Below are positions 11,723 to 24,516 of a stretch of 64,000 nt of DNA, in pieces. The notes under the pieces are model-generated. The model did not search any database. It was not told the DNA's origin and was given only the letters and a program-made list of their open reading frames with translations. Position 1 is the first letter of the stretch. Each line of letters begins with the position of its first letter. Source of the DNA: Felis catus (taxonomy: Eukaryota); contig NC_058368.1 in the NCBI RefSeq assembly GCF_018350175.1, positions 238,702,001 to 238,766,000 of the forward strand, read 5' to 3'. A program made the translations under genes and the position numbers.

Positions 11723-14061
11723 AGGAGTCTGCCTGCTGCCGCTGTGGCTTTCAGTGGTTTTCTACTTAACTCGCTCCCCTCTGTGCAGAGTGGCTCAGGG
11801 CACACGCCTGAATCCCTTCTCTGATGCTGTGAGGGCTGAGATGGGGGGAGGGGGCTCGTCCTGAGCTGCCTCTGGAGCAGAGAGAAGCGGATGCTTTGGT
11901 AGCTCTTAGAGAATCTGTCCACACCCTGGGGCTGCGCGTTCGGTCTCTGCAGGGGACCGTACGTCGTCCCACTCTGCGGCCCTGGGTACCGTTCACCCCA
12001 GGAAGCTGCCGGCCTTGGTGTGAAGAGGGGTGTGGGCAGATCCTATGTGTGCTCCGGTGCTGGGGGGCAGCTGGACGGGCAGGAGGGGGACCTGCCCTGA
12101 GGTCGCTGCGCGTACCCCTGCCCCTCACGCCTGCAGTGTGTCCCCTGCGGTGGTGGCCACCCGGGGGGTATCCGTAACGTAGCGCTAGAGGCCGGGGGGC
12201 CCCGGAACACTGTGCATCACACTGAGGACACGGGCGGGTGTCAGTGTGTTGAGGGAGCAAAGCTGTAGACGTGTCTGGGAATCGTGGGGAAGAGCAGGGA
12301 CACGGGGACTCTGGCGTCTACTTTTCTGTGAACTTCAAAGCACTCCCCAGATAAGGTCTGTCAAAACCCAGACACGGACATGCAGGACTAACTAGGGTTT
12401 CTCCCCTAAGATGCTGTGAAGAACATGGGCCTGCAGATCCTGTCCCCAGGAGGGCATGAGGCTGAGGTGGGGAGGTCAGCCCGCAGGGGACACGGGGCTG
12501 ACAATCGTGGTGTCCCCAGGGGTGGGCGTACCTCTGTTGTGCCTGTTGTCCTGGCTGTGTGCCCACCAGGAGCCGAGGGACCAGAGCCCTGACTTTGCTA
12601 CGGCACCGCCCCCCCCCCCCCCCGTCCTGCGCTGGGCTCAGAGCGCTTACGGCAACGTTCTGTACATTGTGGACTCACGGCCCACCGTCGGGAACAAACA
12701 CAGCTTTCCGTTGGCTTCCTGTCCCTCTCCGCGCCTCTTTGACCTCCACGAGGCACGTCGCCCTGGAGCCGAGGGCCCTTCCAGCCAGACCCAAACCCCT
12801 GATTTTAAGATTATATGTGTTTTCAAAACTTGCAGCCGTAAGAGACCCTCTAATGTCACACACACTCATTTCTGGAGTTGCTGTCGTCCCCAAACACTGG
12901 TGATTGTGGTCTGTTCAGGCAGCTAATGCGTGGTTCTTGTAACAGAGTGTCCCTGGTTGTGGCCCGGACAGATCCCCAGCCTGTAATTTTATCAGGCGAA
13001 ACTGCAGAGAAAGAAGGGGGCCCGGCTCCCTGCCTTCCTTCTGGGAATCAGGGGTTGTGATAGCGTTTATTCAGCTGCAGGGCTGAGCTTTTGGAAGGTG
13101 CATCCTGGACGCCACTCCCGTGGGCCTTGCACTGACCCTGGTGTGGGGGGACCTCTGTCCCTGTTGTCTGGGGCATGGCGACCTACTCCCAGAAGGGCTG
13201 CCCGCGGATTCCGTCCTGCAGGAGACCCGGGCTCAGGGGACATGCGTGTCAAGGAGGCAGGCAGCTCTCCCAGGCAGTGTCTCCCAAGTGCCTCCCGGGA
13301 CACGGTTCGGGGTGGGGGTGGTGGCCGAGGAAGAGGTCCTGCAGCTACTCGAGCTCCAGGGAGTGCCAGTGGGCAGGCGGCTGCCAGGGACTCTCCCCAG
13401 GGGGTCATCAGAGCCCAGCGGGCGCCCTGCCCGCGCTGTGGATCCCGCAGACCCGGGTGCTGGCAGGGACGGGGTGCGGGGCCTGCTTGCTGAGCATTGG
13501 AAGCTCTCGTCCTTCCGCCGTCGGCCAGGAGCGCTGGGTTGAGAACGGGGTGGACCCTGGCGGTGGCCTCGTTCTTGCCCAGAATCTCTAGGCCTGGAGC
13601 CGCACGGCACGTGCGAGGCTCCTGGGACCCCAGCCGGGTCAGGACGAGGGAGATGCTGCCGTGTGCACCCCGTTGGGCGTGCTAACCTCAAGGCCACGTG
13701 TGAGCAGGGCTAGGCCGTGGCGTTGGGGCCTGCCCCGGGGGAGCTTAGAGCAGTGGGTGTGTGAGTGCCTTTCGTGCCTGGTGGTGAGCTGTCCCCGGCC
13801 CCCCGGGGGACACTGCACGCAGATGTAGAAGCTTGGCAGCTTGGTGACATCCGGTCTAGAACGTTCGGGAACCAGAGCCTTCTCGTGCTGAGTGGTCGTC
13901 CCCGGCCCGTGCCCGCCAGCCTCGCACGGGGTCACCTCCCCTGTGGGTTCTCTGGGGAGTTGACGCCGTTTGAGTCTGATTTGCTTTTGCCCGGGACCGA
14001 GATGGGCAGACGGGGCTCGGGCCGGCACGGCCATGGGCGTCAAGTGGCCATCTCCCCGCAG

Positions 14062-14195
14062 GAACCAGTCCAACGTCCGGCGGATGCACACGGCCGTGAA
14101 GCTTAATGGTGTCGTCCTCAGCAGGTCCCGGGGGGCTCAGCTGGTCCTGCTGAACATGCCAGGACCCCCCAAAAACCGGCAGGGGGACGAGAACT
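14062..14195 (+). CDS. SLC12A7: KCC4 coding exon ([15 protein letters not shown]...GDEN)
   Basis: cag|G, ends at U12 donor GTATCCTTT, 134 nt. Confidence 0.95.
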
Positions 14196-15147
14196 GTATC
14201 CTTTCCGTGTGCCGCCTGCGGGGCGGGGTGAAGGCAGTGCCCGTCGGGACGTGTCTGGCTTCGCTGCCCTTGCTCACGGGATCCCAGGGGCTGGGGGATG
14301 GGAGCAGCGGGGCCCGGAGCGAGGCCCACGGTGCCAGGGGCTGGGGTCGGAGCGGGGGCCGGCCTGGTCCGAGTGCCAGGAAAGCAGGGTCTGGGGGGCG
14401 GTTCCCAGCGAATGGCTCCTGGTTGGTGTTGGGGCGTGGGCAAAGGTGAGGGAACCGTACACATGCCGAGTGTCCTCGGCGGAGGCCCTCGGTGAGGAAC
14501 ACGGGACCCCCAGGAATTAGTACCACGAGCGGCGACCTGGGACCCTGCCCGGTGCTGGCTCTGCTCCCGGGCGTCTTCTTAGCACGTGGGGGCAGCGTGT
14601 TCCCTCCGTTGTGGACGAGCCGAGCGGCCGCACAGATGGTTCCCCCGAGTCCTCCTCAGTAGGTGGGCCCGCCGCCCCTCCTGGCTGGGTGGAGGTCCCA
14701 GGTCGGCTCCACCCCGAGCTGGGCTCGCGGCCTTTGACCATGTGCCCCTGTCCTGTGACGGGGTCTCTGGGGTGCAGCCCCCTCCCCCTGGCAGTGGGGA
14801 CAGGGAGGCTGGAGGGGTCGCTGGCGGCTCTCAGAGGCTGCAGGACTTGTGCTTGCTGACCAGACCGGGGCTTGCGGGCCTGTGTGGGTCCTCGGGGGAC
14901 TTGCCCGGCTGCGCCCAGAGCCCCGGGGTGGGGGGCGGGGGGCGAGGGTCTCCTCAGGTCCCGTCGGGCCGGCTGCAGGAGCGGGCTGACCCCCGAGTGC
15001 CCTCCGCCCTGCACCTGGCCGAGGCCTGCACTGGGCTTCGTTGGTGCCACCGGCCACGCTGCGGGGCCCCCTCTCCCGCACACCCACCTCCCTCTCCCGG
15101 GGACTGCCGGCGGTGCCCCCAGCTGTGTCCTTAACTCCGGCGCCCAG
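14196..15147 (+). other. SLC12A7: U12-type GT-AG terminal intron
   Basis: 5' GTATCCTTT; branch TCCTTAAC at 15128-15135, 12 nt from the 3' end. Confidence 0.94.
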
Positions 15148-15239
15148 ACATGGAGTTCCTGGAGGTCCTGACCGAAGGACTCAACAGGGTCCTCCTGGTC
15201 AGGGGCGGCGGCCGGGAGGTGGTCACTATCTACTCCTGA
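15148..15239 (+). CDS. SLC12A7: KCC4 last coding exon ([30 protein letters not shown])
   Basis: cag|AC; TGA at 15237-15239; canonical KCC C-terminus. Confidence 0.96.
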
Positions 15240-16186
15240 CAGCCGGGCGGGCTGGGAAGTGTGCCCCGTGTGGCTTCATATACAAGTTTCCAGAATGGCC
15301 CCACAGCACTCCTCTCTGGGCCAGGAGCCAGCACGCAGCTGCCGAGGTTTCCTCGTTTGGAGGGGAGACGTCGATGCTCGAGGGGACCTGGGACGCAGCC
15401 CTCCGTCTCCTGACCTCCTGACCTCCACACTCGGGCTGTGGGCTCCAGACGTGGTTTCCTTGGCCCGAGCTACCCGGTTTCATGGTTAAGTTTTAGTTCT
15501 GCCCCATCCAAGACGCTCACGGGAAACCTCGCTCGGACAGAAGGTCACCCTCGGGCCACGAAGCATCTGTTCAGGAAGGTGGCCGAGGGCCTCGGGTCCT
15601 TGGTCAGCCTCCTCAGCACCTGTCCCTGTAATGTCCCTGTTCGTGTTCCTGTAAGTGAAGTCTGAGAAGAGCCGTCCACGCCTACGCCCCAGGCTCAGCC
15701 GGGTGGCCTCGCTCGCGAGCCCGCCCAGTGTGGGCACATCTGCCCAGCCTGGGCATGTCTAGAAAGGGAACCCCGGGGGGCGTGGGGTGGTCGTCTCGGT
15801 GGGCATTCCGGTGGGCTCCAGGCTGACTTTGCGGCCAGGACGGCAGCGGGGTCCCGCGTGGGCACAGGGCGCGGGAGTGGTAACTAACTGCTGAGGATTC
15901 ACCACGTGGTTACCCACCTATACGTGCCCGCCCGTGGACCCGGGTCTCGCCAGGCTCCCAGGAAGGGGCTGGGCTGCACTGGGCGAGGTCCTGGGGCGGC
16001 GGTGGCACTGGGCCGCGTGTCCCCTCCCACCGGCATGGAGGGGACAGTGGCGGCGGTGCGTGGGAGCTCCGTGGGCTGCCTTCCGATGGTCTTTAGACTT
16101 CGCGCTTCACCCTGGTGTCTGTGCTCTAGGTCCCGAATGTGCCACCGTGGGCTGTTGCCCTGACCCGGGCCTGCTGTCTGTACGGC

Positions 16187-16197
16187 TTATTTATTTA
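16187..16197 (+). promoter_or_regulatory. AU-rich element (TTATTTATTTA) in SLC12A7 3' UTR
   Basis: Contains the UUAUUUAUU nonamer in an otherwise GC-rich UTR. Confidence 0.45.
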
Positions 16198-16791
16198 AGC
16201 CCCTGGGGAGTTTCAGTGATAATTAAGGTGCCCGTGAAGAGATTGTTTCTGCGAACAGCCCCAAAGGGCCGGGTCCCTGGCTTTCTCTGGCTTCCTTGGA
16301 CATCCTGGGAGGTCAGCCAAGTCCACGGATCTGAAGTCTGGCACAGGCTGAGTGTGTGCGTCCAGACGTCTCCGAGGCGCAGCTGGGCGGCACAGAGGGT
16401 CCGCATCACATCAGAGTGACCGCTGGCCAGAGCGTGTGCCAAACCACGGCAGCCGGGCTCAGGGCGTCCACACTCTTGCCCGCCGTGGGTCTGCACCGAG
16501 TCAGGTGTCAGGTGGGGGGCGTGCCCAGGGCCCCTTTGCCCAGAGGGCACCTGTGAAGCCACAGCGGTGCTCACACTGGCTGAGGAAGAGCCACCGCGTA
16601 GCAGGACCGCCCCTGTGACCCTTAACCCTCGTTCACGCGGCGGCGATGTTCGCGGCACACTGCGGGTGAGGGTTCAACTGCGCCCAAACACCCTTTTCTG
16701 CACTGAACTTCGTGGAACCCTAACTGCAGCCACTCTGAGTTGGTTCCGTGTCTCTTTTATAGCTTCCTTTGTATGATTTTGTTGGTAGAAG

Positions 16792-16797
16792 AATAAA
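16792..16797 (+). terminator. SLC12A7: Polyadenylation signal of SLC12A7
   Basis: AATAAA about 1.55 kb after the stop, preceded by U-rich sequence with TGTA. Confidence 0.8.
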
Positions 16798-17379
16798 TTG
16801 TATAAACCCGAGCATGTTGAAGAGTCCTGTGCCTCATTCGGCAAGAAGACTTGACAGTTGGAGGGGTGTCCGGACCCTCTGTCCGTGGACGTTTGTGGTC
16901 TGATCGGCCAGGGCAGACACCGGTGGCTCAGGAGCTGTCACTGGAATTGGGCACGAGAAGTAAACAAAGCCACGAATCCGCAGGGAGGTGTCTGACCCCC
17001 GTCTTTAGTCATGCTGCGTCATAACGTCGTATTGCTGTTTGCTAAAATTGTAATTCTCGGAAGGGTGGGGTCGGCAGAGAAAACCCGTAATTGGACGGAA
17101 CCCCGTGTTCCAAAGGCCTACAGTCGGACCCCCGACGGACCGAGACACCCAGGCACCCCTCAAGGGAGTGAAACTCCAGCGGGCACGGCGTGGATGAGCT
17201 TTGGAAGCACAGAGAAGCCAGTCAGAGGTCAAGTGTCGTTTGGTAACATTTAATGCGAACAGGCCAGGATGGGCCAAGCCAGAGACCGGAAGTGCGGGGT
17301 GGTGACAGTTCCCAGGGCAGGCGGGCAGTGAGAACCGGTGACTGACCAGGGCACAGGGCTTCTCGGGGGTGGGGGTGGG

Positions 17380-17480
17380 GGTGATAAAAGTGTTCTAAAG
17401 GGGGTTGTGAAGTTTGCACAGTCTGAACGACTAAAACGAGGGTGTGCCGTGTGAGCTGTCGGTTCCCGGTGTCTCCCGTG
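17380..17480 (+). mobile_element. Ancient L1 3'-end fragment
   Basis: gtgataaaagtgttctaaag...ttgcacagtctgaacgactaaaac resembles L1M 3' UTR end. Confidence 0.5.
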
Positions 17481-20400
17481 GGCCTGACACGTGGTGGACA
17501 CACAGCACTGCTGGGGAGCAGAGGCCTGGCCTTTGGGGCAGGGGACCGAGATGCCACAGGCACGGAGGTGGCCGGGTGAGGGGCAGGCAGAGACGTGGGG
17601 GGAAGGCTTAGCAGAGCCCAGGGGTCCTGACTCAGCCACGGGCCCGCAGGTACTCGTGGGTCAGGTTATGTAGCTGAGAAGCCTGTGTCACACCTTATCA
17701 GAGACATTTAGTGAGTCCTGTCTCTGCCAAGAGGGATCCCAGACCCCCCCCCCGCCCCCGCCCCGGGTCCGAGGGGCAATTGTGTCTTGACGTCGTCGCG
17801 GGGGCCTTCTGCACAGCCGTGAGCATCAGCCTTCCGTCCGTGCCTCAGAGGCAGCGACAGCCAGGGCCCGGCAGGGGTGTGGGGGAGGCTGTACCTCTGG
17901 TGTGGATGGGGGGGGCGGGGCGCTGGTGTGCCAAGGGCAGGAAGTGGGGTTCCCCCGCTGGAAATAGAGGGGAGGCCAGGAAGGGGGCTAGAGGGCTGCC
18001 TGTGGCCAGGGAAGCCTAGACTCAGGCCTCAGGGTGACGGGGCCTCTGGGCATCGGGAGGAAGGCCCGGGAGATCTTGGAGCTCCGGGTGGTCTGGGCTC
18101 CAGGGCGTGTGACCAAATGCTCTGGGCTGCCCTCCAAGCTCCCACCCCGCCTTCCACCTGTGTTTCCAAGCTGGCGGGAGGGCAAGGACGTGAGGATGGG
18201 CGGGTTGGGGGACACGGCGTGGAAAGGCAAGACAACAGGGCACCCAGCGGGGTGTGAAAGGAATTCGGGTAAATAAGACCAGATATTGCCCAGAACAGCT
18301 GGTGTTTGACGACAGCACTGCCAGCACACGGCCCCCTCTGCAGGTGCAGACGACCCCGGACCCCTCCTCAGACCCCCCCCACCCCCACACCTGGGTTCTG
18401 CAGGTGACCCCGGGCCCCCCGCGGGACTCAGAAGGCAGGAGGGACCATCTGCACAGCCTTGTCTGCAGTGTCTCCATCAAAGGAAAACTACGTGACCACA
18501 GCAGGAGAAAGAAGTAAAGAAAGCCGTGTCACACTCAAAATAACCCCCAGGGGAGGGGGCGGGGGGAGGAACTGACTTCACCCAAAAGAGACATGGAAAC
18601 GTAGCGCCGTGGCCGTTCGAAGGCGAGGAAGTTGACGAGGCCTCTTCTGGACCGGCAGCCCAGGTCAAGGGTCGGAAAGGTCGCTGTGGTCACTTGCCTA
18701 AGGCAGGGGCCCCACGGGGGTGGGTGGGAGGTAAGGCAGGGGTGGAGACCAGGGCCTGAAACCCCGTCCATAACTGAAGTTTTCATTGGTGGAGACCACG
18801 AGGTCACCGCTCCCACAGTCACTTGGGACTCGGGATTCATGCTCTGTTGATATGGGGGTCTCTCCTTCCCCCGGTGGGGGGGGCGGGCCCCTCCAGGACT
18901 CCCTTGCCCCGCGTCCCCAGGCGGGCAGGCGCCCCCTCCCTGCAGGGCTGGACTGGGCTGGGCTGCACCGTCCCCTCTGCCCCCACCAGGGGCTGTCACC
19001 CACGTCTGGTGCCGCTGGGGCCCCTTTCCCGGTTGTGGTCCTCGCTGGCCACCCACCCCTTGGCTCTGGCTGCCAGGCCCGGGGGTCCAGCCCCCGCTGG
19101 TGCCTCTCCCGGGGCAGCTGGGTGCATCATCGCTGACCGCTGGGGGAGGGGCTGCAACTTGGCAGTGGGACTGGTCTGCATCCGAGCGGCCTGTCCCCAG
19201 GGTTCTCGAGTGCCCCAGGGGTCCCCACGGAGCACGGCCCCCAGCTCACAGCATCGGTGGAGGCATCTCGCTGAACCTTCTGCTTTTGTCTGCTCCTCGT
19301 GGGTGGCAGGAAGGACACTCACCACCAGCTCAGAGACCGGAAGGTGGCTGTGGCTCTAATGGCCTGCGCCCCCACCCCCGCCTGCCAGAGGTCATCTGCC
19401 CAGGGGCGCCGCGTGGGTCTCCATGCCGGGAGGCGCCCCACTGTGGGAGTTCCCCGCTGTGCCCGCCCGCTGTGTCGTCAGCTTGAGGATGTCTGTCCCA
19501 TGGGCACGTGCAACCTGGGTGCATCCCAGGAGGGGGCTGCTCTGCTACAGGGCCAGTGCGTACCTGCGGCACCCAAGGATGGAGGTGGGACCCACCGACC
19601 CGTCACCATTTGGGGAAAGACGTGGCCCATGCTCGTGGGGCCACCGTCGTCACGAGTCTAGTGGCTGCCTTTGCAGGGGCCGTGTCTGGGCCTCCTGCCC
19701 TGGTCCGCCGCTCGCTTCGGCTGGCCTGGCTCACCGAGCTAATCACCGCGGCCACTCTGTGTCCTGACGGTCAGGCAGGTCACCTGGCTTTTCACGTTCT
19801 TGGCCCTTTGCTTCTCCACACACTACAGCATCCGGTGTCGAACCACCGCAGAGAGCCGGCTGAGATTTCACCTGGGACCAAACCCCTGCTCCGAGCTGGC
19901 AAACCCGGGCACGCGCCACACCCCTCCGTTTGGATCTTTCTGGGCGACTTCCGATAAAGTTCACAGTTTCTGTGTTGAGATCCTATACCGAGGCTGGGAG
20001 GCCCCAGGGAGGTCCGTGGGGGCAAACCTGGCCGAGGCCTGAATCCTGAGCCCGGAGCTCTGACGTCAGAGAAGACGGATGTCTCCGCCCAAGGAGAGAG
20101 ACAGAATTGGACTCGGCAGAGACAACTTCCACCCCGGCCTGACGGGTCCGCTGGTCGCCGCACACACTGGGAGGTGCTGAGTCAGACGCCAGCGCCTCCA
20201 GAGACGCCCGCGTGGACCCACCTGGAAGTAATGCTTCGCCAGCTCCCTCGCGCCCTCAGCCCCATCAAGTGGCACAAAGTTAACCATCATACCATCTGGA
20301 AAAAATCAATTTCTAACCAGTGGCTGTGCTGTGGAAATAAAATTGCTTTTTGACATCGACTTGTATCTAGAGGCTTTGCTAATCTTACTCTCAGGCATCT

Positions 20401-22459
20401 GAAGACGCTTCTGGGTTTTACTCGGTGCCACCTGTGGGGAATCCTAGCGGGTGTGCTGTTCGGACAGTACCTTTGCTTCTGTTCTTTGCCCTGCTGCTCC
20501 GAGGCACTGGTCACACACATTCCCTGCCTCGGATGTGGGCTGGGCTGTTTTCCTGTTCGTTTGCAGACACTCTAACTAGATCAGGGGACTCTCCAGTTCC
20601 TGGCTTGCCGGCCATCGGCTCTGCATTGTGCGGGGACATCGCCTCAAGAGGCCTCCCTGCCCGGACCCCCTCTCCCCCGTTCTGGGGGCTGTCCGGTCCG
20701 CTGGGCTCAGACCCCTCCCGGACGCACGCAGCAGGGTGCTTGGTGGGGAAGGGTGGGTGAGGCCCCCAGTGCCCACCTGCGTTCCGGACCATCAGAAAGT
20801 GCCCGGACCTTCCGCTTTCGCTGGACCTCTGGGCCCACCGTCCCGCTGGCCTCCTCCTGACACTTCCCATGGCAGGTCACGCCCACGCCACAGGGGGCTT
20901 GCGGGCTGCCCTCCAGTGTTCACTGGGCTTCTCTGGTGTGTCGGTGACGTGCCCAGCACCGAGGATGAGGCGTGGGCCCTCCGGGAGCCCGTGGAGCAGA
21001 AGCGTATGAGGTCCCGGGCAGCAGGTGTGGGTGAGGCGAGCAGGCTGGCACAGACACACAGGTCTCCCCGAGTACAGACAAATGTGTAAGTTTTAGGCAG
21101 AAAAGAGGAAACAAAGCAGGGAAATGGTCCCCTGGTGGGGTGGGGTGGGGTGGGGGCTCCCCCAGGGGCAGGGGTGGCTCGGGGGTCTCCCGGGGGCGGG
21201 GGGTGGGACGTGGACCCCAGGGAAGACGCCAGATCCTCCGAAATCCCCGCAGACTTTATAACAGCCACGACCCAGGAGGACGTCCTGAAGAGCAGACAGG
21301 GGCAGATGTTATCCCGACCCCTCCAAACAGATCCCTGGGTACAGAGAGCCACCGTCTCCACTTGAACCCTGGTCCTCACAGCCCCAGACGTGGTACCAAG
21401 TGTCCCGTTATCACGAGCCAAGCTGGGGACGTAGGTTTTCGGGTTGCTTACGCGTTTGAACTTTAGAGCAGAAACACAGGGAGGAAACCCCGCAAAGACA
21501 GAGTCGCGTGTGCCTGCACGTGCGTCAGCCTTCCCTCTACCCGTGCACGCGGCGGACGCGCCCTGGGCCCGCCGGCTCCGCACACCTGTAGCCTCGCGCT
21601 GCCTGGGGCGGCGGTCTGCCCGTATCTACCGGAAGATCTTGATTGCAAATGCACACGCTTTCACTGTGCCTGAGGGGGGACCTCACGCGTCGACCACTGA
21701 CGCTTCATCCTCAACAGCGGTGCCACGAAGGCCAGTGAAAGCCACCCACCCAGACATGCAAGCTGCCGGGGAGTCGGCGTGCCTCTCCAGAACAAAGGAG
21801 CAGTAACTTCCTGCCTCGGTGGGAGCGCTGGGGCGGGGTGAGACTTCCTGCTGGCCACAGCCCTTGTCCTGACGCCCAAAGGGAATGGGGATCATGCCTT
21901 CCCAGAGGGGGACCTGGCGGAGGCCGGGTCTGCCGCCACGCCGCTTTGGGTCTGCGTCCACCAAGCACGAGGGGCCGGCCTGCCGTCCACGTCTGTGTCC
22001 GCGGAGATGCCGGAGGCCCCTCCTGCAGCCCCTCGGCCCTGCCTGGCCCCCCCGCCCCGCCGCCGCGTTTCCTGACGACGCCCCGTCCTGTGCGGCCACC
22101 CCCCTGCCGCTGCCCCCTTTGGACTTCCTCGTGAACAGATTACAGGAAGGGCCACGTAACAGGGAGCCCACACCGGACGTGTGGCGTCCGAGTGGAGCCC
22201 CTCCAGCACCACAGGGGCCTTGTCTGGAATCACAAACAAGAGCAGATACCGGCTGTGGTTCTCCACCCGCAGAGGGTGTCTACGGGGCACGCGGAGTAGC
22301 TTCAAAGCTGAGACGCCAGTGGCGTCCCACATGTCCGTGCGGACACGGCCTCTGTGGGCAGCACGGCGCGGGGAGGCGGGGGCCAAGGAGGCCCTCCCCA
22401 CCAGGTCCATGGCGCCACCTCCGCGGAGCCCACGCCGGGGCCGGTGCGCGCGGTTGGCA

Positions 22460-22998
22460 CTAGGATGGGTGGTGGTGGTGGTGGTGGTGGTGGTGCTCGT
22501 GGTGGTGGTGGTGCTCGTGGCGCTGGACCGCGGGCACCGCACAGCCCTCCCCCACCAGCGGGGGTGGCGGGCCCCGCACCCCCTCGTGCTCCAGCACCGC
22601 CTTGGGGGGCGAGTGGCCCTCCCTGCCCCTCTGCCGGTAGCGCTTATGGCCGTAGGGCTGCGGCGGGGGCTGGGGGGGGGGCTGGCCGTCCTGGGGGGCG
22701 GGGGCCGGGGCCGCCGGCAGGTGGGAGCCGAAGGCTCTCCCGGACTTGCCTCCGCCGGGCGCGCCAGGTGGCCTCCCTGAGCCCTTGGGGGACCTCAGAG
22801 GCTGCTTGTCCTGCCCCTTCAGGCGGGGCTGCGCGTCCAGGGCCCTGGCGGGGTCTGCAGCCGGCGGGGGCTGGTCGGCCGGCGGCTGAGACCTGCGGTG
22901 GTGCGCGTCGTGTGCGTCCGCCTCCTGCGAGTGGGACCTGCTCTGGGGGTGCATGGCCTTGCCCTGATGCTCCTGCTTGGCTGGTGCCGGCGGGGACC
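22460..22998 (-). CDS. NKD2: NKD2 last coding exon (GSPPAPAKQE...HEHHHHHEHHHHHHHHHPS*)
   Basis: ctgcag acceptor, 539 nt, TAG stop, poly-His tail typical of Naked proteins. Confidence 0.94.
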
Positions 22999-23268
22999 CT
23001 GCAGACACGGGGCACCCCTGAGACCCACCCCTGACACCCTGCGCAGGCCTGGGACGCGGGACACCCTGCGAGACCTCTGCGGGGCCCGGGACATTTCACG
23101 CCGGAGCAGGCACACCCCACGCACCCGACTGGGACGCCCACGTTTGGATGTGGGACTGTCGTGAGCTTTGTCGCAGGGACCCGGGGACCCTTGCGGGGAG
23201 GGGGCTCCTGTTCCCAGGGCGTCCACACACGGGACTTCAGACCCCGAGCTCTGGTCTCCGGTACCTAC

Positions 23269-23396
23269 CAGGCCCGAACTTAGACGTGTAGTTCTCGATT
23301 CCGGCCAGGTCCAGGTAGTGGTTCCTCCGCTCCGTGTTCTCGTCCACGCGGCACGGGCCCCGTGCACAGCAGGGGTGGGGGTCGGCGCCCGGCCTC
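23269..23396 (-). CDS. NKD2: NKD2 coding exon (RPGADPH...VDENTERRNHYLDLAGIENYTSKFGP)
   Basis: cag|G, G|gtagg, 128 nt. Confidence 0.95.
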
Positions 23397-24016
23397 CTGC
23401 GTGCACCGTGGGGATGAGGGCCTGAGTGCTCGCTGCCTCACGGGCCACAGCAGGCCCTGGGGGGACCGGGGGACACCTGGGCCGGGTGGTCTCCGGATCC
23501 CGGGCAGGGGGCCTCTGTCTGGCACCCACTGCCCCAGAGGGGAACGGGAGAAAGGCCCTCGAGGACCCCAACAAGACCCCAGCAGCACCACTGGGAACCC
23601 CATTCGGAACTTACGGGGGCTCCAGTGTCCTCCCGGCTAGAGCCTGCAGCCGGGATCGGGCCACCGCCGTGGGACCTCCGCACAGCCCGGCCACCAAGAC
23701 ACCACGTGGGACCGCCGGGCGCCAGAGCAGGTCAGACGCAGGGTCCGAGGCCAACCCACCACTGCCCTTCAAACCTCACCCAGCACTCAGACGCCGAACG
23801 CGCTCAGCTCCAGCAGAGCGCCAGCCGCCAGAGGGGCCCCCAGACGGTGCCCTCACCCTGACGGCGGGCAGTGCCCGGGCTCCTCGGCCGGCATCCCACC
23901 CTCCGCACCCAGATGCCTGACTCGGTGGCTCTGTCCGGAGGGGACAGCCGGCAGGCGGCAGGGGTGACTAAGCTGTTCCCACTGAGGACACCCCAGAGGC
24001 AGAGCCCCCCCCTCAC

Positions 24017-24101
24017 CTGACATGTGCCGACAGCCTCTTGTCGGCCCCCCGGGGGTCCTCGCTGAGCTCGCCCTCCGTCCTGCAGTGAGTGGGCTCCCGG
24101 T
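24017..24101 (-). CDS. NKD2: NKD2 coding exon (DREPTHCRTEGELSEDPRGADKRLSAHVR)
   Basis: cag|AC, AG|gtgag, 85 nt. Confidence 0.92.
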
Positions 24102-24127
24102 CTGCGGGGGCGGGGGGGGGCAACCCT

Positions 24128-24235
24128 TCACTCGCTTAGTCGTTGACTCGCTCAGTCACCCACTCACTCACTCGTTTACTGAACAGACAGCTTGCCCTTG
24201 GCGGGGACGGGGCACTGATGGTACACAGAGGTGAC
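24128..24235 (-). mobile_element. L2 3'-end relic
   Basis: Degenerate (TTCA/CTCA)n followed by tttactga...ggcactg. Confidence 0.4.
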
Positions 24236-24368
24236 GGGGAACCAGAGGCTCAGGAAGTGAGCCGTCCGCGCCGTGGGGACGGGGTGTGCAGGACAGGCCG
24301 CTAGAGGGAGGAGGTGGCTGCCATCTAAAGCAGGGTCTCCGGGGTGTCCGAGCAGGGGAGCCCCTCAC

Positions 24369-24516
24369 CTTGGCCTGGGGGAGGACTCTCCTTTCTCTTG
24401 CTGGAGGACTCGGGGCTGACGGTCAGTTTCACACGGAGGGTCCTGCTGCTGCCAGAGGAGTGGCTGACGGAGGCGTCGACGGCCTCACAGATGGTGCGCA
24501 TCAGGCTGGACACGTC
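24369..24516 (-). CDS. NKD2: NKD2 coding exon (DVSSLMRTICEAVDASV...RVKLTVSP...PGQ)
   Basis: cag|GAC, G|gtgag, 148 nt. Confidence 0.95.

Noticed and set aside
11104..11922. His/Thr- and Cys/Val-rich ORFs
   Set aside because: Translation of the TG/CA minisatellite.
15237..15243. TGA-C stop context, possible readthrough
   Set aside because: TGACAG is not the strong TGA-CTAG motif; no other support.
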